Below are positions 51,299 to 64,000 of a stretch of DNA of 64,000 nt, one piece after another. Positions within the stretch are counted from its first letter, which is position 1, and each line of letters begins with the position of its first letter. The translations under genes were made by a program, and so were the position numbers. Source of the DNA: Octopus sinensis (lineage: Eukaryota). The notes under the pieces were generated by a model, which made no database searches, was not told where the DNA came from, and saw only the letters and a list, made by a program, of their open reading frames with translations. Location: the NCBI RefSeq assembly GCF_006345805.1, contig NC_043000.1:11966001-12030000 (forward strand). The letters are read 5' to 3'.

Positions 51299-51330
51299 TG
51301 TATGTATGTATGTATGTATGTATGTATGTT
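50712..51330. repeat. (TATG)n-based compound microsatellite
   Basis: Direct reading. Confidence 0.95.
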
Positions 51331-51334
51331 CTCT

Positions 51335-52485
51335 TCTGTTTTTACTTATTTAAATTCCTTCAATGAGAAAGAAGCTGGTTTCTCGCAAAGATACAAAACT
51401 CTAGAATGTAGCTAACAAAAACAATGTCTCATTTTAAATCTGAGAAAAGTCTTGCATATTTCATATTTTTACTGTTTCACTTATAGTTTGTGCTTCTAAT
51501 GTGCGATTTCTTTTTCTGAAAACCCAAGCTTATTCAGATTGTCACTTGGACATTTACTCACGTGCACCAATTGTTTTTGATATACCGGAAATCCTCGAGT
51601 ATAGTCCGCCCTTGAGTATAATACACAGGGGATTTTTAGGGGGCTGTACCTCTGAAAAACCTAAACCTTGTGTATAATACGCACCCCTTCTCTAACTTGA
51701 GTCAAGGAGGTCTATATAACGTACTTGGTTTGTAAAAATGTATACGGTAATGTCCTTTATTATTATTGTATAAATAACATAATGTGTGTAGCTTTTTTGT
51801 GCATTTTGTTTGCAGAAAATAAAGAAATAACAGGAATAATGTTTAATAAATGTTGCTTACTGCAAGTTATGGATGATTCTTTTATGACTTCATTGCTTTC
51901 AGGCTTAGCTTAAGGTATTTTTGCGCCCAACATCGCAAAATGCGTCTGAATAAACATTGCCGGACAGCAAATAGAGACTCGGACATTGCTTAGAAAATAT
52001 TTTTCATTTTTAACCTCGTGTATAGTACGCACTAGGGATTTTGACCATTAAATTTTTTGGAGAAAATGCAGATTATACTCTAGGATTTACGGTAATTGTG
52101 TATTTATAATCTGGATATAGAAGATAGAGATTTCGAAGCAGTTGTCCAGTGTTATCCTCTTTAATTTTGATCTGTAAAGAGATACTCACGCCAGAAGTGC
52201 AGCTGACCTCTATAACGGTATATACTTCTTGTCTGTCCCAAACAATACCTGGCTTGTTATATTTGCGTTTGGCAGAGTTTTGACGGGAATATTCCAACAG
52301 TGTTCCTTGTGTTGATGTTTGCGTGTTAATTCAGTAACTAGGGATTCTATATATTTATTCCGGAACAGTCATTTTTTCGAATGTTGTTTCTGCAACAACG
52401 TTGTGTCGCATAGTGGGGTAGCACCTTGATGACATTTTTGACAACTGCTAATCAATTTGTGATGTCTTCCACAGAAATATGACAT
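51335..52485 (-). pseudogene. R4/Dong-clade LINE C-terminus (Zn knuckle and restriction-like endonuclease region) split by a MITE
   Basis: CHISVEDIT..SSCQKMSSRCY.MRHNVVA..KYNKPGIVWDR..VIEVSC..LLRNLYLLYPDYKY, then beyond the MITE IGA..NLNKLGFSEKE..ICKTFLRFKM. Confidence 0.8.
51583..52094. mobile_element. pogo/Tigger-like MITE
   Basis: TA-ccggaaatcctcgagtatagtc ... gattatactctaggatttacgg-TA. Confidence 0.85.
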
Positions 52486-52486
52486 A

Positions 52487-52664
52487 GGCGCAGGAGTGGC
52501 TGTGTGGTAAGTAGCTTGATTACCAACCACATGGTTCCGGGTTCAGTCCCACTGCGTGGCACCTTGGGCAAGTGTCTTCTACTATAGCCTCGGGCTGACC
52601 AAAGCCTTGTCAGTGGATTTGGCAGAGGGAAACTGAAAGAAGCCTATCATATATATAGATATAA

Positions 52665-52729
<65 letters not shown>

Positions 52730-52770
52730 TGTGTCTGTGTTTGTTCCCCAACATCGCTTGACAACTGATG
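52487..52770 (+). mobile_element. SINE family A, 3'-truncated
   Basis: Family match up to acaactgatgc. Confidence 0.9.
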
Positions 52771-53186
52771 CACCTATCAATTTCAATCTCAACAGAAAAG
52801 AAAAAACTTTGATCTTTTTTGCTACACATACCAAAACATCGTGTCTCAAATGGGTTAAGGACTCTGCTCCCTGAACCCTCTCAGGAATAAGGGTCTAAAG
52901 AAGATAAGATGAGATACTTATTTCGAATACAATTGAAAATCAGTCTGTATTTTTTGCAGCTTTTGCCTAAAAAAATATGGTTCTCGATTGAGAGCAAATT
53001 GATTGACTTTACTGTTAAAATTATCACCAGCTTTACTTTGAAAAAGCAATTAATTGCTCCAATTATATAATATATATTATATATTAAATTCATTTCACAA
53101 ACAAAATTGATCTGCATAAAAGCAATCAATATTAAAATTCAAAATTAAATATTTGCACGCAATTACTATTTCTCTCTTTGAATATG

Positions 53187-53251
<65 letters not shown>

Positions 53252-53534
53252 CTGTTGATGCCCATAGGAAAATAGAACTTAAAATATGAGTATATGTATA
53301 TTTTTATTAATAATTAAACGAAGTAACTGACTCAAAGCGCGAGTTTCGCGCGTTGGCACTTAACGCACGGAGCTGTTGGACGTTGAGTCACTCTGTTACT
53401 TTTGCTAAATATCAATATATATATATATATATATAGTGTAATAAATAAAATATATGCATACATACAAACATATATGTACGTACCTACATCTACATGTATA
53501 TATACATGCATATATAAATATATATACGTGTGTA

Positions 53535-54215
53535 CAGGACCCCACAAATAGACGTAGAACTCAACGAGAAACGAAAAAGTAAAAACAGCATGGAACGGAC
53601 CATTTTTTTAACAACGAAAAAACAGAGTACAAGACAAACTACACAAGGAAAAATCCCCTTCATCAGCTGTCCCTAGTTCAACTCCAGCGTGTTTCGAAGG
53701 TGAGGACAGAACACGTCTCGGCGAACTAGTCCTTCCTGCGAAAGAATTAACTAAAATTCCTTTGTAGAGGGGTAAAAACAAGGAAAAAATGTGACAAAAA
53801 ACAAGACGTAAAAACAATACAATTAAAAACAAATACAAAATAAAAATACAATTACAAAAAATACAGTACAAGAAGGAATAGAAACAGGACAGGAAAACAA
53901 ATAATGAGGGCCTATAAGCCTAGACGAGGAAAAAGACTTTTTCATGAGCGCAGGAAGAAACATGTTTACTTGAAGAAGGCCGCCAGCGAAAGGAAGTTTG
54001 TCGACCCGGCTGTGAGAGAGATGAGGAGGAGTGAGAGAGAGAGAGAGATAGAGAGGAAGGAAGCCAAAGAGGGTGAAAGAAAGAGAGAAGGAGTTATAGA
54101 GTTTCGCGTCATAATTATATATAAAAACCAGCTTAGAGAAGAAGGAGAAACGAAACGAATCGAATCGAATCGACGCGAGGGCGCTCAGTCATACAATAGT
54201 GTAATAAGTAAAATA
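53535..54215 (-). mobile_element. Unclassified repeat, possibly Penelope-like, with a permuted hammerhead-like motif
   Basis: Minus strand ccttc-GAAA-cacgc...cag-CTGATGA-agggg; a similar order of motifs at ~30125-30170; end similar to 23460-23510. Confidence 0.35.
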
Positions 54216-54299
54216 TATGCATACATACAAACATATATGTACGTTATATATATATATATATTGTTTTTAAATTATGGATCAAGGCCAGCAAGGTAACTC

Positions 54300-54887
54300 G
54301 GTTACATCGACCCCAGTGTTCAACTGGTACTTATTTTATCGACTCCGAAAGGATGAAAGACAAAGTCGACCTTGACGGTATTTGAACTCAAAACCTAAAG
54401 ACGGACGAAATGCTGCAAAACATTTTGTTCGGCATGCTAACGATTCTGCCAGCTCACGGCTTTAAAACCAAAATCTATTGATAATAATAATGAAGATAAT
54501 AGGCGCAGGAGTGGCTGTGTGGTAAGTAGCTTGCTAACCAACCACATGGTTGCGTGGCATCTTGGGCAATAGCCCCGGGCCGACCAATGCCTTGTGAGTG
54601 GATTTGGTAGACGGAAACTGAAAGAAGCCTGTCGTATATATGTATATATATATATATGTATGTGTGTGTTTGTGTGTCTGTGTTTGTCCCCCTAGCATTG
54701 CTTGACAACCGATGCTGCTGTGTTTACGTCCCCGTCACTCAGCGGTTCTGCAAAAGACACCGATAGAATAAGTACTGGGCTTACAAAGAATAAGTCCCGG
54801 GGTCGATTGCTCGACTAAAGGCGGTGCTCCAGCATGGCCGCAGTCAAATGACTGAAACAAGTAAAAGAGTAAAAGAGTAAAAGAGTA
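54300..54887. mobile_element. SINE B (-, 54300-54465) and SINE A (+, 54502-54887)
   Basis: Family matches. Confidence 0.9.
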
Positions 54888-55224
54888 TAAATAAATTCCA
54901 TGCGATCACTTCAGCTGCACTTCATGTAGGAACCTGACTAGTGAAGATTGCGAATTGTTGTGCAAATGATGCACTTTTTAATCAATCACAGCTAATTATT
55001 GATCCTTCTCGTGATTGGGAAATCATTTAAATGAACATATCGGAAGAAGTCAAGTGACTCTAAATTTATCATATAACAATGCATAACATTTTATGTAATA
55101 TAAAATAATGGCGGCTGTCCATCGAAACCTATGCAACATTATTAATTTGACTTCCCTATTTCTTAATTAAAATTATATACATATATATGTGCATATGTAT
55201 GCATGCATATATATATATATATAT

Positions 55225-55279
<55 letters not shown>

Positions 55280-55391
55280 CATACATACATACATATATAT
55301 ATGCATACATATGTGCGTGTATGAAACGAAACAGATAGGTAGGTAGATAGATAAATAGATAGATAGATGCACAAAACAAGAAAGAAAGAAA

Positions 55392-55422
<31 letters not shown>

Positions 55423-55633
55423 GAAGGAAGGAAGGAAAACCTCGGAAGAAATGAAAGAAATGAAGAAGAATTTGTACGAAATCATAATAGAAAAGACGCT
55501 TCAATTAATTTAGGAAGTAATTGAATCGGTAGGGCACTGGACAAAGTGTGTATTTTGCTACATATCTAAAACCGCGTAGTTGCAAAGCAAGCTTCTTGCT
55601 CACACTACCATGCCTGAGAGTAAAATGATGAAC

Positions 55634-55690
55634 CTCCTTGGCGGGGAATCGAACAAGGTCTCGTGCGTAACAGGCACTATACCATCGAGA
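55634..55690 (-). pseudogene. Deleted tRNA-Asp-derived pseudogene (within a duplicate of 56652-56791)
   Basis: Same sequence as 56722-56792 but lacking 13 nt of the D-arm/anticodon stem. Confidence 0.7.
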
Positions 55691-55755
55691 CTACATACTT
55701 TTAGACGAAGGGAACTGGCGTCGCTAACGTGAATAAACAGTGAAATTTATCATAA

Positions 55756-56143
55756 ACTAGCAGTATCGCCCGGCGTTGCTCAGGTTTGTAAGGGAAATAA
55801 CTATAAAACATTTTTAGAGAGTTATAGCCAAAAAATAGCAAAAAAATGGAAAAAAAATGATGGTAAATTTTTTTTGAGAGTAAAAAAAGGTTGAGTTGCG
55901 TCCCCTAGACAGTCTGTGGTTTGTTTTTTTTGATTCTCGACCCCATGTCGAATTTATCGATTTTTTTCAGAACTGGGGGAACTTTTCAAAATTTTCGCTG
56001 CGTTAGTTTTGAATTATGACATTGGGCTATGTGTGTGTCAAGTTTCATCAGAATCGGTTGAAAGCCGTGGTCAGGGTGAGGGTACGAGAAAACAGACACA
56101 CAGAAACACGCACAGACAAACTGCCGTTTATATAGAGAGAGAT
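55756..56143 (+). mobile_element. Helentron/DINE-like element, second subfamily
   Basis: Same termini as 1774-2164 with a different interior. Confidence 0.7.
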
Positions 56144-56721
56144 GAGGACATCCGATACATTCTTTTGAAGGAAGTGGATATATGTTTGTATACTGGGGTG
56201 TGGGCCGATTCATGTCAGTAAGCGGGGGGTAGTCTCCCGGTTTGGAGTTCTCAGTCACCTCCGTAGCAGGCAGGGGCCCGATATCAGGGATGCCCGTGGC
56301 GATTGCCCCTTTTGCTCCACTACATATCCAGCTCTGAATCCCACCATAATTAACTTTGCCTTCAACTCTTCATGGATCGCCACAGTAAGTAACAGTCATA
56401 TACTGGAGCCGACTAGTTCCTGTGCTAATGTTAGTAACTTATCTTTCACAAGACTCGGTAGAATGTCGGATAAAATGGTTTGACGTATATCGTTGGTTAT
56501 TTGCTTTGTTCAGAGGCTGCTGGTTTGACCTTTACCTATCGTCTTTCATACTGCTTGCCTACAAAGTGTTTGATTCATTATAATTGGTACATTGGCTAAC
56601 AAAAAAAAAAAAAAAAAGACGCTGGCACAAGGTGCTGTGCATTGGGACTAAACCTAAAACCGCGTAGTTGCAAAGCAAGCTTCTTGCTCACACTACCATG
56701 CCTGAGAGTAAAATGATGAAC

Positions 56722-56792
56722 CTCCTTGGCGGGGAATCTAACCAGGTCTCGTGCGTAACAGGCAGGAATACTTACCACTATACCATCGAGAA
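56722..56792 (-). pseudogene. tRNA-Asp-derived pseudogene (anticodon reads GTT)
   Basis: ttctcgatggtatagtggtaagtattcctgcctGTTacgcacgagacctggttagattccccgccaaggag aligns to the metazoan tRNA-Asp(GTC) consensus; T-loop and stems are mutated. Confidence 0.8.
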
Positions 56793-57474
56793 TATGAATT
56801 AACGCCATCAAAAGAAGATATAATGCTCTAGTCTGTTTTATATACATGTTCGTCAAGAACCAGACTAATTCAGTTGGCTTTATAGATTTAGCCATTAATG
56901 AGTGAGGAAAATTACGCAATACACCATACAGCGTATTAATTAAATGATGTAAGAAAACATTTCGATCTTATTTATCTGAACGACATGGCCCGGGACTATT
57001 CTGATCGTGCGATGATTTGATTGTCAGCAAAGCAAATTGCACTGAACCTAATTACAGAGCGTTGAGATCTTGTTCGAATAACCTGATCTTGTTCGGATAA
57101 CCATGACTGCGACCATGCTGAGACACCGCCTTGATACAAATACAAGATAAAAGAGAAATGTAGCATACGTATGAATGAATTATATAAGGTTATGTACTAA
57201 CGATATTGTAGTAAGCACGTCAAAATAGTGTCGCGAGTATATAATCATTTAGAGCAATTTAAATATGTTTGGGACGTTTTTCACCGGTTCTAAGGCCATA
57301 TTCACTGCTGTTTGCCGTCGTTGAGAACATTTAACACTTTAGGCAATAGGTGTTATGATTAGCTTTACAATTTAGCAGTTTTCAGATCTATAAATAAAAT
57401 ACATGTCATAATTAGAGTGAGAAGAAAATTATGTAAGACGCCAGAGAACTTATGAATTAATGAATGAATTATCA

Positions 57475-57800
57475 CATACATACATACATACATACATACA
57501 TACATACATACATACATACATACAAACATACATACATACATACATACATGCCTACATACATACATACATACATACATACATACATACATACATACATACA
57601 TACATACATACAAACATACATACATACATACATGCATACATACATACATACACACATACATACATACATACATACATACATACATACATACATACATACA
57701 TGCATGCATACATACATACACACATACATACATACATACATACATACATACAAACATACATACATACATACATACATACATACATACATACATACATACA

Positions 57801-57831
<31 letters not shown>

Positions 57832-57835
57832 GCAT
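57475..57835. repeat. (CATA)n microsatellite
   Basis: Direct reading. Confidence 0.95.
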
Positions 57836-58116
57836 GTAACGAAAATGTAAGAGTTGGTCATCAGCTTGTAACGATAATGTTGCTTCGGATAAATGACCGA
57901 GTGAAGAAAAATATAAATTAATTATTAAGACGACCATTTATTTAATATGATTATTATGTTAGTTGTTACAATATAGAAAATACGAATTTCCTCGGGTTGT
58001 AGTTGTACACATGATGTTTTTAGCGTTATAGTCCAGTGTGTATTGGAGCGAGCTTCATCTCTGAGTAACTTCTAAAAAGAGACAGAGTAATACAGTTTAA
58101 GTAAATAGAGAGTATA

Positions 58117-58348
58117 TTTCTTTATTGCCCACAAGGGGCTAAACATAGAGGGGACAAACAAGGATAGACAAAGAGATTGAGTCGATTACATCGACCTCAG
58201 TGCGAAACTAGTACTTTATTTATCGACCCCGAAAGGATGAAAGGCAAAGTCGACCTCGGCGGAATTTGAACTCAGAACGTAGCGGCAGACGAAATACTGC
58301 TAAGCATTTCGCCCCGCGTGATAACGTTTCTGCCAGCTCGCCGCCTTT
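58117..58348 (-). mobile_element. SINE family B, full length, with TSD
   Basis: Flanks gtaaatagagagtata / gtaaaaagagagtata. Confidence 0.93.
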
Positions 58349-59409
58349 TTGGTAAAAAGAGAGTATAAGCAGTGTGTTGTCCTACACGTGAAGGGGCTGC
58401 ATCCCCATCGGTAACGGAAGAATTAAGGAAGATAAATGTGTGCTCTCGGTGGGTGCCAAATGACCGAAGAGAAAGAAAGCAATTTAGCTCGTGTATTTAT
58501 ATTCTTCGTAACTAAATTAGATAAGTCTAAGCAAAAGGATTCTTCGTGTATATCATGTTTGATCCGTGTATAATTCAAGACGGTCTAAGATGTCAGTTTA
58601 TTTTCATTAAGCTCTTGGTACCAAAGGCTAGAACAGTTGGCCGAGGACTTGTGGGAGAAAATGTGGATTAGGTTTCGAAACCTGGCCTAGAAAATTGTGG
58701 CTGTTCATTTCGTTATTTACAGTCAAGATAATTTGGTCGAAAACAAAATATCGATAACAGGGAAAATAGCTGAAAGTGCAATAATGCGAAAATTTAAGAA
58801 CGTTCAAAATTGTGAAAAACGTTTGGCAGGAGTGGGCATGTTGTGTGACAGGTCTTAAAAGAAGTGCAGGGGCGAAATGAGCCTGGCACTGTGGTCATGT
58901 ACATCAAGACGATAAAATGTGACGTTATGATCGTATACATTTGCTGTGGCTAAGCAAAACAACAAAGTGTGACATGTTGGCGCGTTGAGACTGGGAAACC
59001 TTCTCTATGTATATATATATTAAGACAATACTAGGGTCTTACTGAGTTAAATGTGTCTGGAAGCAAGGGCACAGAGGGCATGACCAGACATTGAACGTGT
59101 CGGGAAAAGAGCTGCGGGTGCACAGACATGGAAAATAAGTCAATGAAGGGACAATATTTGGGTACATGTGTGTAGCTGGGTGTAGGTGTGCATACATGTA
59201 TGTATGAAGGTTGAATTTTTTAAAGGAAAAAATATAAAATAGTGCAGCAAAAATTAAGTAAATTAAGTAAATTACGAAAAACTGCAAACACCTGCAAGAA
59301 ACATGTGACGAAAGATATGCAATGAGAACAGGGAAGACTACGTGTGCATGAAAAATTATGCAATGCAACCAGCCAAAAATACATTATAAAAAGATGCACA
59401 TGAATTAGT

Positions 59410-59597
59410 CGTCTTCGAAGAATTGGTCTTCGCGGATTTAAGTCTTCGCGGAATTAAGTCTTCGCGGAATAAAGTCTTCGCGGAATAAAGTCTCCGCGGA
59501 ATTAAGTCTTCGCGGGATAAAATCTTGGTGGAATTAAGATTTTGCGGAATGAGTCTTTGCGGAATGAGTCTTTGCAGAATGAGTCCTCGCAGAATTA
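59410..59597. repeat. 15-16-bp tandem repeat (gaattaagtcttcgcg), ~12 copies
   Basis: Direct reading; units diverge progressively to the right. Confidence 0.92.
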
Positions 59598-59599
59598 AT

Positions 59600-60150
59600 T
59601 TTGATCAAAATTGTGTTGTGGGTTTATAAATGTGCTAACATGTAAATAAGTAAAAGTTTGCCGGGCAGAAAGGCATAGTTAACTCATGAAATGAAATGTA
59701 AATAAAACAGTGATAAACTTGGATGGAAGGATAGTTCTTGGCTGAAAATCTAGAACAGGCACAGGAATGGCTGTGTGGTAAATAGTTTGCTAAACAACCA
59801 CATGGTTCCGGGTTCAGTCCCACTGCGTGGCACCTTGGGCAAGTGTCTTCTGCTATAGTCCCGGGCCGACCAATGCCTTGTGAGTGGATTTGGTAGACGG
59901 AAACTGAAAGAAGCCTGTCGTATATATGTATATATATATATGCCTGTGTGTGTTTGTGTGTCTGTTTGTCCCCCTAGCATTGCTTGACAACCGATGCTGG
60001 TGTGTTTACGTCCCCGTAACATAGCGGTTCGGCAAAAGAGACCGATAGAATAAGTACTGGGCTTACAAAGAATAAGTCCCGGGGTCGATTTGCTCGACTA
60101 AAGGCGGTGCTCCAGCATGGCCGCAGTCAAATGACTGAAACAAGTAAAAG

Positions 60151-60197
<47 letters not shown>

Positions 60198-60660
60198 ACT
60201 GAAAAACAAGAAAGAATAGTCGCATACAAAGAAATATTCTTGAGAGTCTATAATAGTCTATATGCAAAAAAAGTCTGTGTGGAATGTAGGGGAAATACAG
60301 GATTTTTTAAAACATCGGGACTCAAGCGAGAAGTATGTGACTGGGAAAAGTTGTACTTTAGGTCTTCCGTAGTTCCATCCATATAGTTCTTTGCGGGTGG
60401 TTGTTGATAATGTGGCTGCAGGCTTCCATAATTTCAGCTATTTCTGTACGGTCAGCAGTTACGTGAATATGCAGCTTCTGGTGCAGTTCAACTGTAGGTC
60501 TCGGAGAAATGTGCAGAGATGCAGTTTTGGTTATTTAGCGAGGTGCATCGCTATCAGCTGCATTGTTTTGTTTGGTAGAACGCGTGTTGTTGTCTGTTGA
60601 AAGTTAATTGCAGAATTTCGATACGGCCTACATATTTTCGCTTCATTGTAATGACTGAGC
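59600..60660 (-). pseudogene. Probable decayed Mutator-like (MULE) transposase, interrupted by SINE A
   Basis: Minus-strand peptide NYMDGTTEDLKYNFSQSHT..PVFPL..AYRLL*TLK and C-terminal TYLHVLAHL*-like text; the adjacent 16-bp array may be its subterminal repeat. Confidence 0.4.
59758..60153 (+). mobile_element. SINE family A, full length
   Basis: Family match, followed by (GA)n. Confidence 0.93.
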
Positions 60661-60684
60661 ATTTCAAGTCGACAAGGCGTGCAT

Positions 60685-61079
60685 ATCTCTAGATATATAA
60701 ACCTGAAGTTGTCTATGTATGGCAGGTTTGGTAACCTTCAACTAACACTATCTCCTCCGAGACCCTGCGGCGCAAGTTGACCAAAATTGAGAGTATGATA
60801 GAAGAAGGCTTGCTCTTCCTTCCGTAGATGAAAAAATTCAAATCGGACCATGTTAACACCAAAAATTATTTACATCAAAAAAGTGCTTTTTTTTCTATGA
60901 AAATCTCTATTTTTTACGATTTTTTTACTGCAGTGTCGCCATTTTTCGGTGTATTTCAACCAGAAAAATGTTCACTTAAAGAGAATAACAAGCTACATAA
61001 TGCAAAATTTTTGCTTTTCAAAAATTCCAATTCTAAAGGGTCGAAACAAACCCGAGCAACACCGGGCGATACTGCTAGT
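60685..61079 (-). mobile_element. Helentron/DINE-like element
   Basis: Close copy of 1774-2164. Confidence 0.75.
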
Positions 61080-61363
61080 AAGTTTTAAAAGGTAGGATTT
61101 AACTGTTTAATGACTTCGGATTCTCTGAAAATGTTATGGTGATATTTAGCTGATATAATTGCTTTAAGTCGAATGTAACGTTTTTTCCATAACTGGTTCA
61201 AAAGATGTACAATTTTTGCATGCGTAATGAAAATATGATAGTCGATCATCAGTTTGTAACAATAATATTACATCGGATGAATGAATGAGTGAAGAACAAT
61301 ATTAATTAATTATCAAGATGGCAATTTATTTAACATGATTATTATGTTAATCGTTAAAACAAG

Positions 61364-64000
61364 TGTAACGAACTTAGAGTGAGTGAATATCTTGTCTTGT
61401 ACTTTCGGGGTACAAGAAAGCAATCACTCACTAGCCGTTGCTTTAATAATCCAGAATTCTACTAGTCAGAAACAACAAGACGCAGACGTAAAAGATATAT
61501 ATACTACTTTATTCTCTTTCTTGGTAACAGTAACAATAAGTGTGTTATCTGATGTCCTTGGTTCGGGGCGCGCAAGGCTGAAAGTTAATCGATTGTAATA
61601 TTTACAATATTCAGCCGCAAAAACCAGAACGGGTTCAAGATGGCGTCGAACAGGGAAGTTGAATGTGGTCGGCAACAATTTGGTTAAAGGCATTCGGCCG
61701 ACTGCTGCTAGAATCAAGTCCTGACGGAGAGAGAATATACGTGACCGTTGCCTTCGATAGCCATGTCTCAAAGTCGCCGCTGCTGCTGCTAACGGTCAAA
61801 CGTTCTACGACCCCCCTGCCTCGCTAACTACCACGTAGGCAAAAGGGTCGTGCTTCCGGTGGTTCGCACATGCGCGAGAGGGCCCTTCCTTTCTCTGCCT
61901 TAGTAAAGGCACCAACACGCGCGAAATACAAATGGACGGTGCGCGAGCGCGCACCGCTATAGGGCCACTACAAGGCTCCCCTCCAGTGCGTACGCACGAA
62001 AGGAAACTTATTGTAGTGACTGCAAAACTCAAGGTGGACACCAGATAACCAAATAGCACACAATAATATAATGGCAAAATTTATAACATACACAAAAAAT
62101 TTACTAAAGGAAAAAGAGAAAAAATACTCAATGAGCAAAAATCAAGAGTGCATGCATGAAAGTGTATACGTCACAAAGTATAGAACCTTCCGCTGTAGGG
62201 AGCGGAGGGAAAGCAAAACTCACAGTCAATGAACCTAGGCGAAATTAAATCCAACTTCTCTAAAGGTGGTTGATCCTGCAAAATAGCAGTTAAATCAATT
62301 GCTGCAGGAGAGGAAATGGAATTGACAGAAGCTCGCTAGTAACACAAAAGGCAAAAGTGCAAACATGCTGGTGTGATGCGCGACACAGATAATTTTCTGT
62401 TATTTACGTGACCAACAGTGGTCTAACAGGGAAAATAATTACGCCTAAACATGGCGCAGCGCATGTGAACATCCGACGTCCTATGAGTCGGGAAAAACTA
62501 AGCTACTGCAAACGTGTTGCAAAAAACACGGCAAGTACACGTGCGGAGCAAGAGGCGCATGAAATGCAATAGAGCTTGCCAGACCGAAAAACAGCAATGA
62601 ATATGCCAGTGGTTGAGCGATTATATGCCTCGTTCGTACAGGAACAAAGGTATGGCATGCCGGCGCGTTATAATGGACAAACAACCCTCTCTATGTATAC
62701 GTGACCGACCTAGGGTCTATAGAAATGAGGGGTGTCCACAAAAGGCAAATTCAGCATGGAAAAAAAACAAGCGAGAAAAGCATGTGTGACGTATGTATGT
62801 GAGAGAGAGCATTTATGTGTGTGTACGTGTGTGCGACAGAAATACATACAAGGTGAATGCGAGCAAAATATAAAAAAATACAGCGCATAGAAAAAATGTC
62901 TCTCAAGGCTATTCCAGACAAGAATTAATTTACCAGTCTGTAATAGCCTGAAGCACAATAGCAGTTCGTTCTGTAACAGAATGTTGAGATCACAAATGCA
63001 GATGCCGATTGAAAACATATCGTGTAGCGGTTGTGGCTTCAATGCTGTGACAGGTTAACTGGAACAGAAGAAATCTCGTAGATAGTGCTGGGCTGTGAAT
63101 TCTTGGTGTGCTAATGCACAAACGGCAAGTGGACCAAACTTCCGCGAGTTGCTATGTACATCTTGGTGGAGGTCGACGGTGTTGAAAGGCGACGTTGGTG
63201 GTGGAAGGCGACTGTAGTGGACTTGAGACAACATCGTTCTTAGCGATGATGGCGACGAAGATAGCGACGACGTGAAGTAGACAGACGACGATGGTGATGA
63301 CGAAGGCAGAGAAAAAGCATCGATGAATTGATGGCGTTCGTCATCATTTCTGTAGAATAAGAAAAGGGCTCCTTCTATAACGGTCCGAGAGGACGGAAAC
63401 AAATCGTCGAAAGATGAATGCGTAGAGTTAAATCGTGTTCCGACTTCGCTTAAAAAAATGGATTTTTTTTTTGTTGATAAGTGATCTCTGGTTTTAGACC
63501 AGAATCACGTCGGGAGGTCACCAGTGTAACGAACTTCGTGAGTGTGAATATCTTGTCTTGTACTTTCGGGGTACAAGAAAGCAATCACTCACTAGCCGTT
63601 GCTTTAATAATCCAGAATTCTACTAGTCAGAAACAACAAGACGCAGACGTAAAAGATATATATACTACTTTATTCTCTTTCTTGGTAACAGTAACAATAA
63701 GTGTGTTATCTGATGTCCTTGGTTCGGGGCGCGCAAGGCTGAAAGTTAATCGATTGTAATATTTACAATATTCAGCCGCAAAAACCAGAACGGGTTCAAG
63801 ATGGCGTCGAACAGGGAAGTTGAATGTGGTCGGCAACAATTTGGTTAAAGGCATTCGGCCGAATGCTGCTAGAATCAAGTCCTGACGGAGAGAGAATATA
63901 CGTGACCGTTGCCTTCGATAGCCATGTCTCAAAGTCGCCGCTGCTGCTGCTAACGGTCAAACGTTCTACGACCCCCCTGCCTCGCTAACTACCACGTAGG
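61364..64000 (-). mobile_element. Non-autonomous Gypsy-like LTR retro-element (5' LTR runs off the window)
   Basis: Direct repeats at 61364 and 63525 (offset 2161); TG..CA LTR 61364-61972; PBS 63502-63523; PPT tggaggggag on minus at ~61976-61985; gag-like remnant RKFGPLAVC. Confidence 0.88.
63502..63523 (-). promoter_or_regulatory. Primer-binding site complementary to the tRNA-Trp 3' end
   Basis: Minus strand tggtgacctcccgacgtgattc versus the tRNA-Trp complement TGGTGACCCCGACGTGATT (2-nt insertion), 1 nt from the LTR. Confidence 0.85.

Noticed and set aside
61383-61771. Duplicated 71-101 aa ORFs as paralogous genes
   Set aside because: They lie inside the two LTR copies and have no recognisable domain

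Overview
AT-rich, repeat-dominated eukaryotic (animal) genomic DNA. The SINE families, microsatellite load and LINE types are most consistent with an octopus genome; this is recognised from memory, not from a search. No host protein-coding gene can be identified with confidence, and almost all ORFs in the track are translations of (TA)n, (CA)n, (CATA)n, (GATA)n or (TAA)n microsatellites or of TE fragments. The window holds three tRNA-derived SINE families in many copies, decayed LINEs (RTE, R4/Dong, Tx1/L1-like), Penelope-like relics, Helentron-type elements, Tc1/mariner, pogo, hAT and piggyBac MITEs, a MULE relic, a young non-autonomous LTR element with a tRNA-Trp PBS, two tRNA-Asp pseudogenes and several tandem duplications. 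The most notable signals are: (1) about ten minimal hammerhead-ribozyme-like motifs, several placed on both arms of fold-back elements; (2) a TSD-flanked non-coding retro-element built from an RTE 5' UTR and a 3' tail; (3) an RTE LINE whose 3' UTR is a higher-order tandem array; (4) an RTE relic ending in three C2H2 zinc fingers. Coordinates were read by eye and may be off by a few bases.
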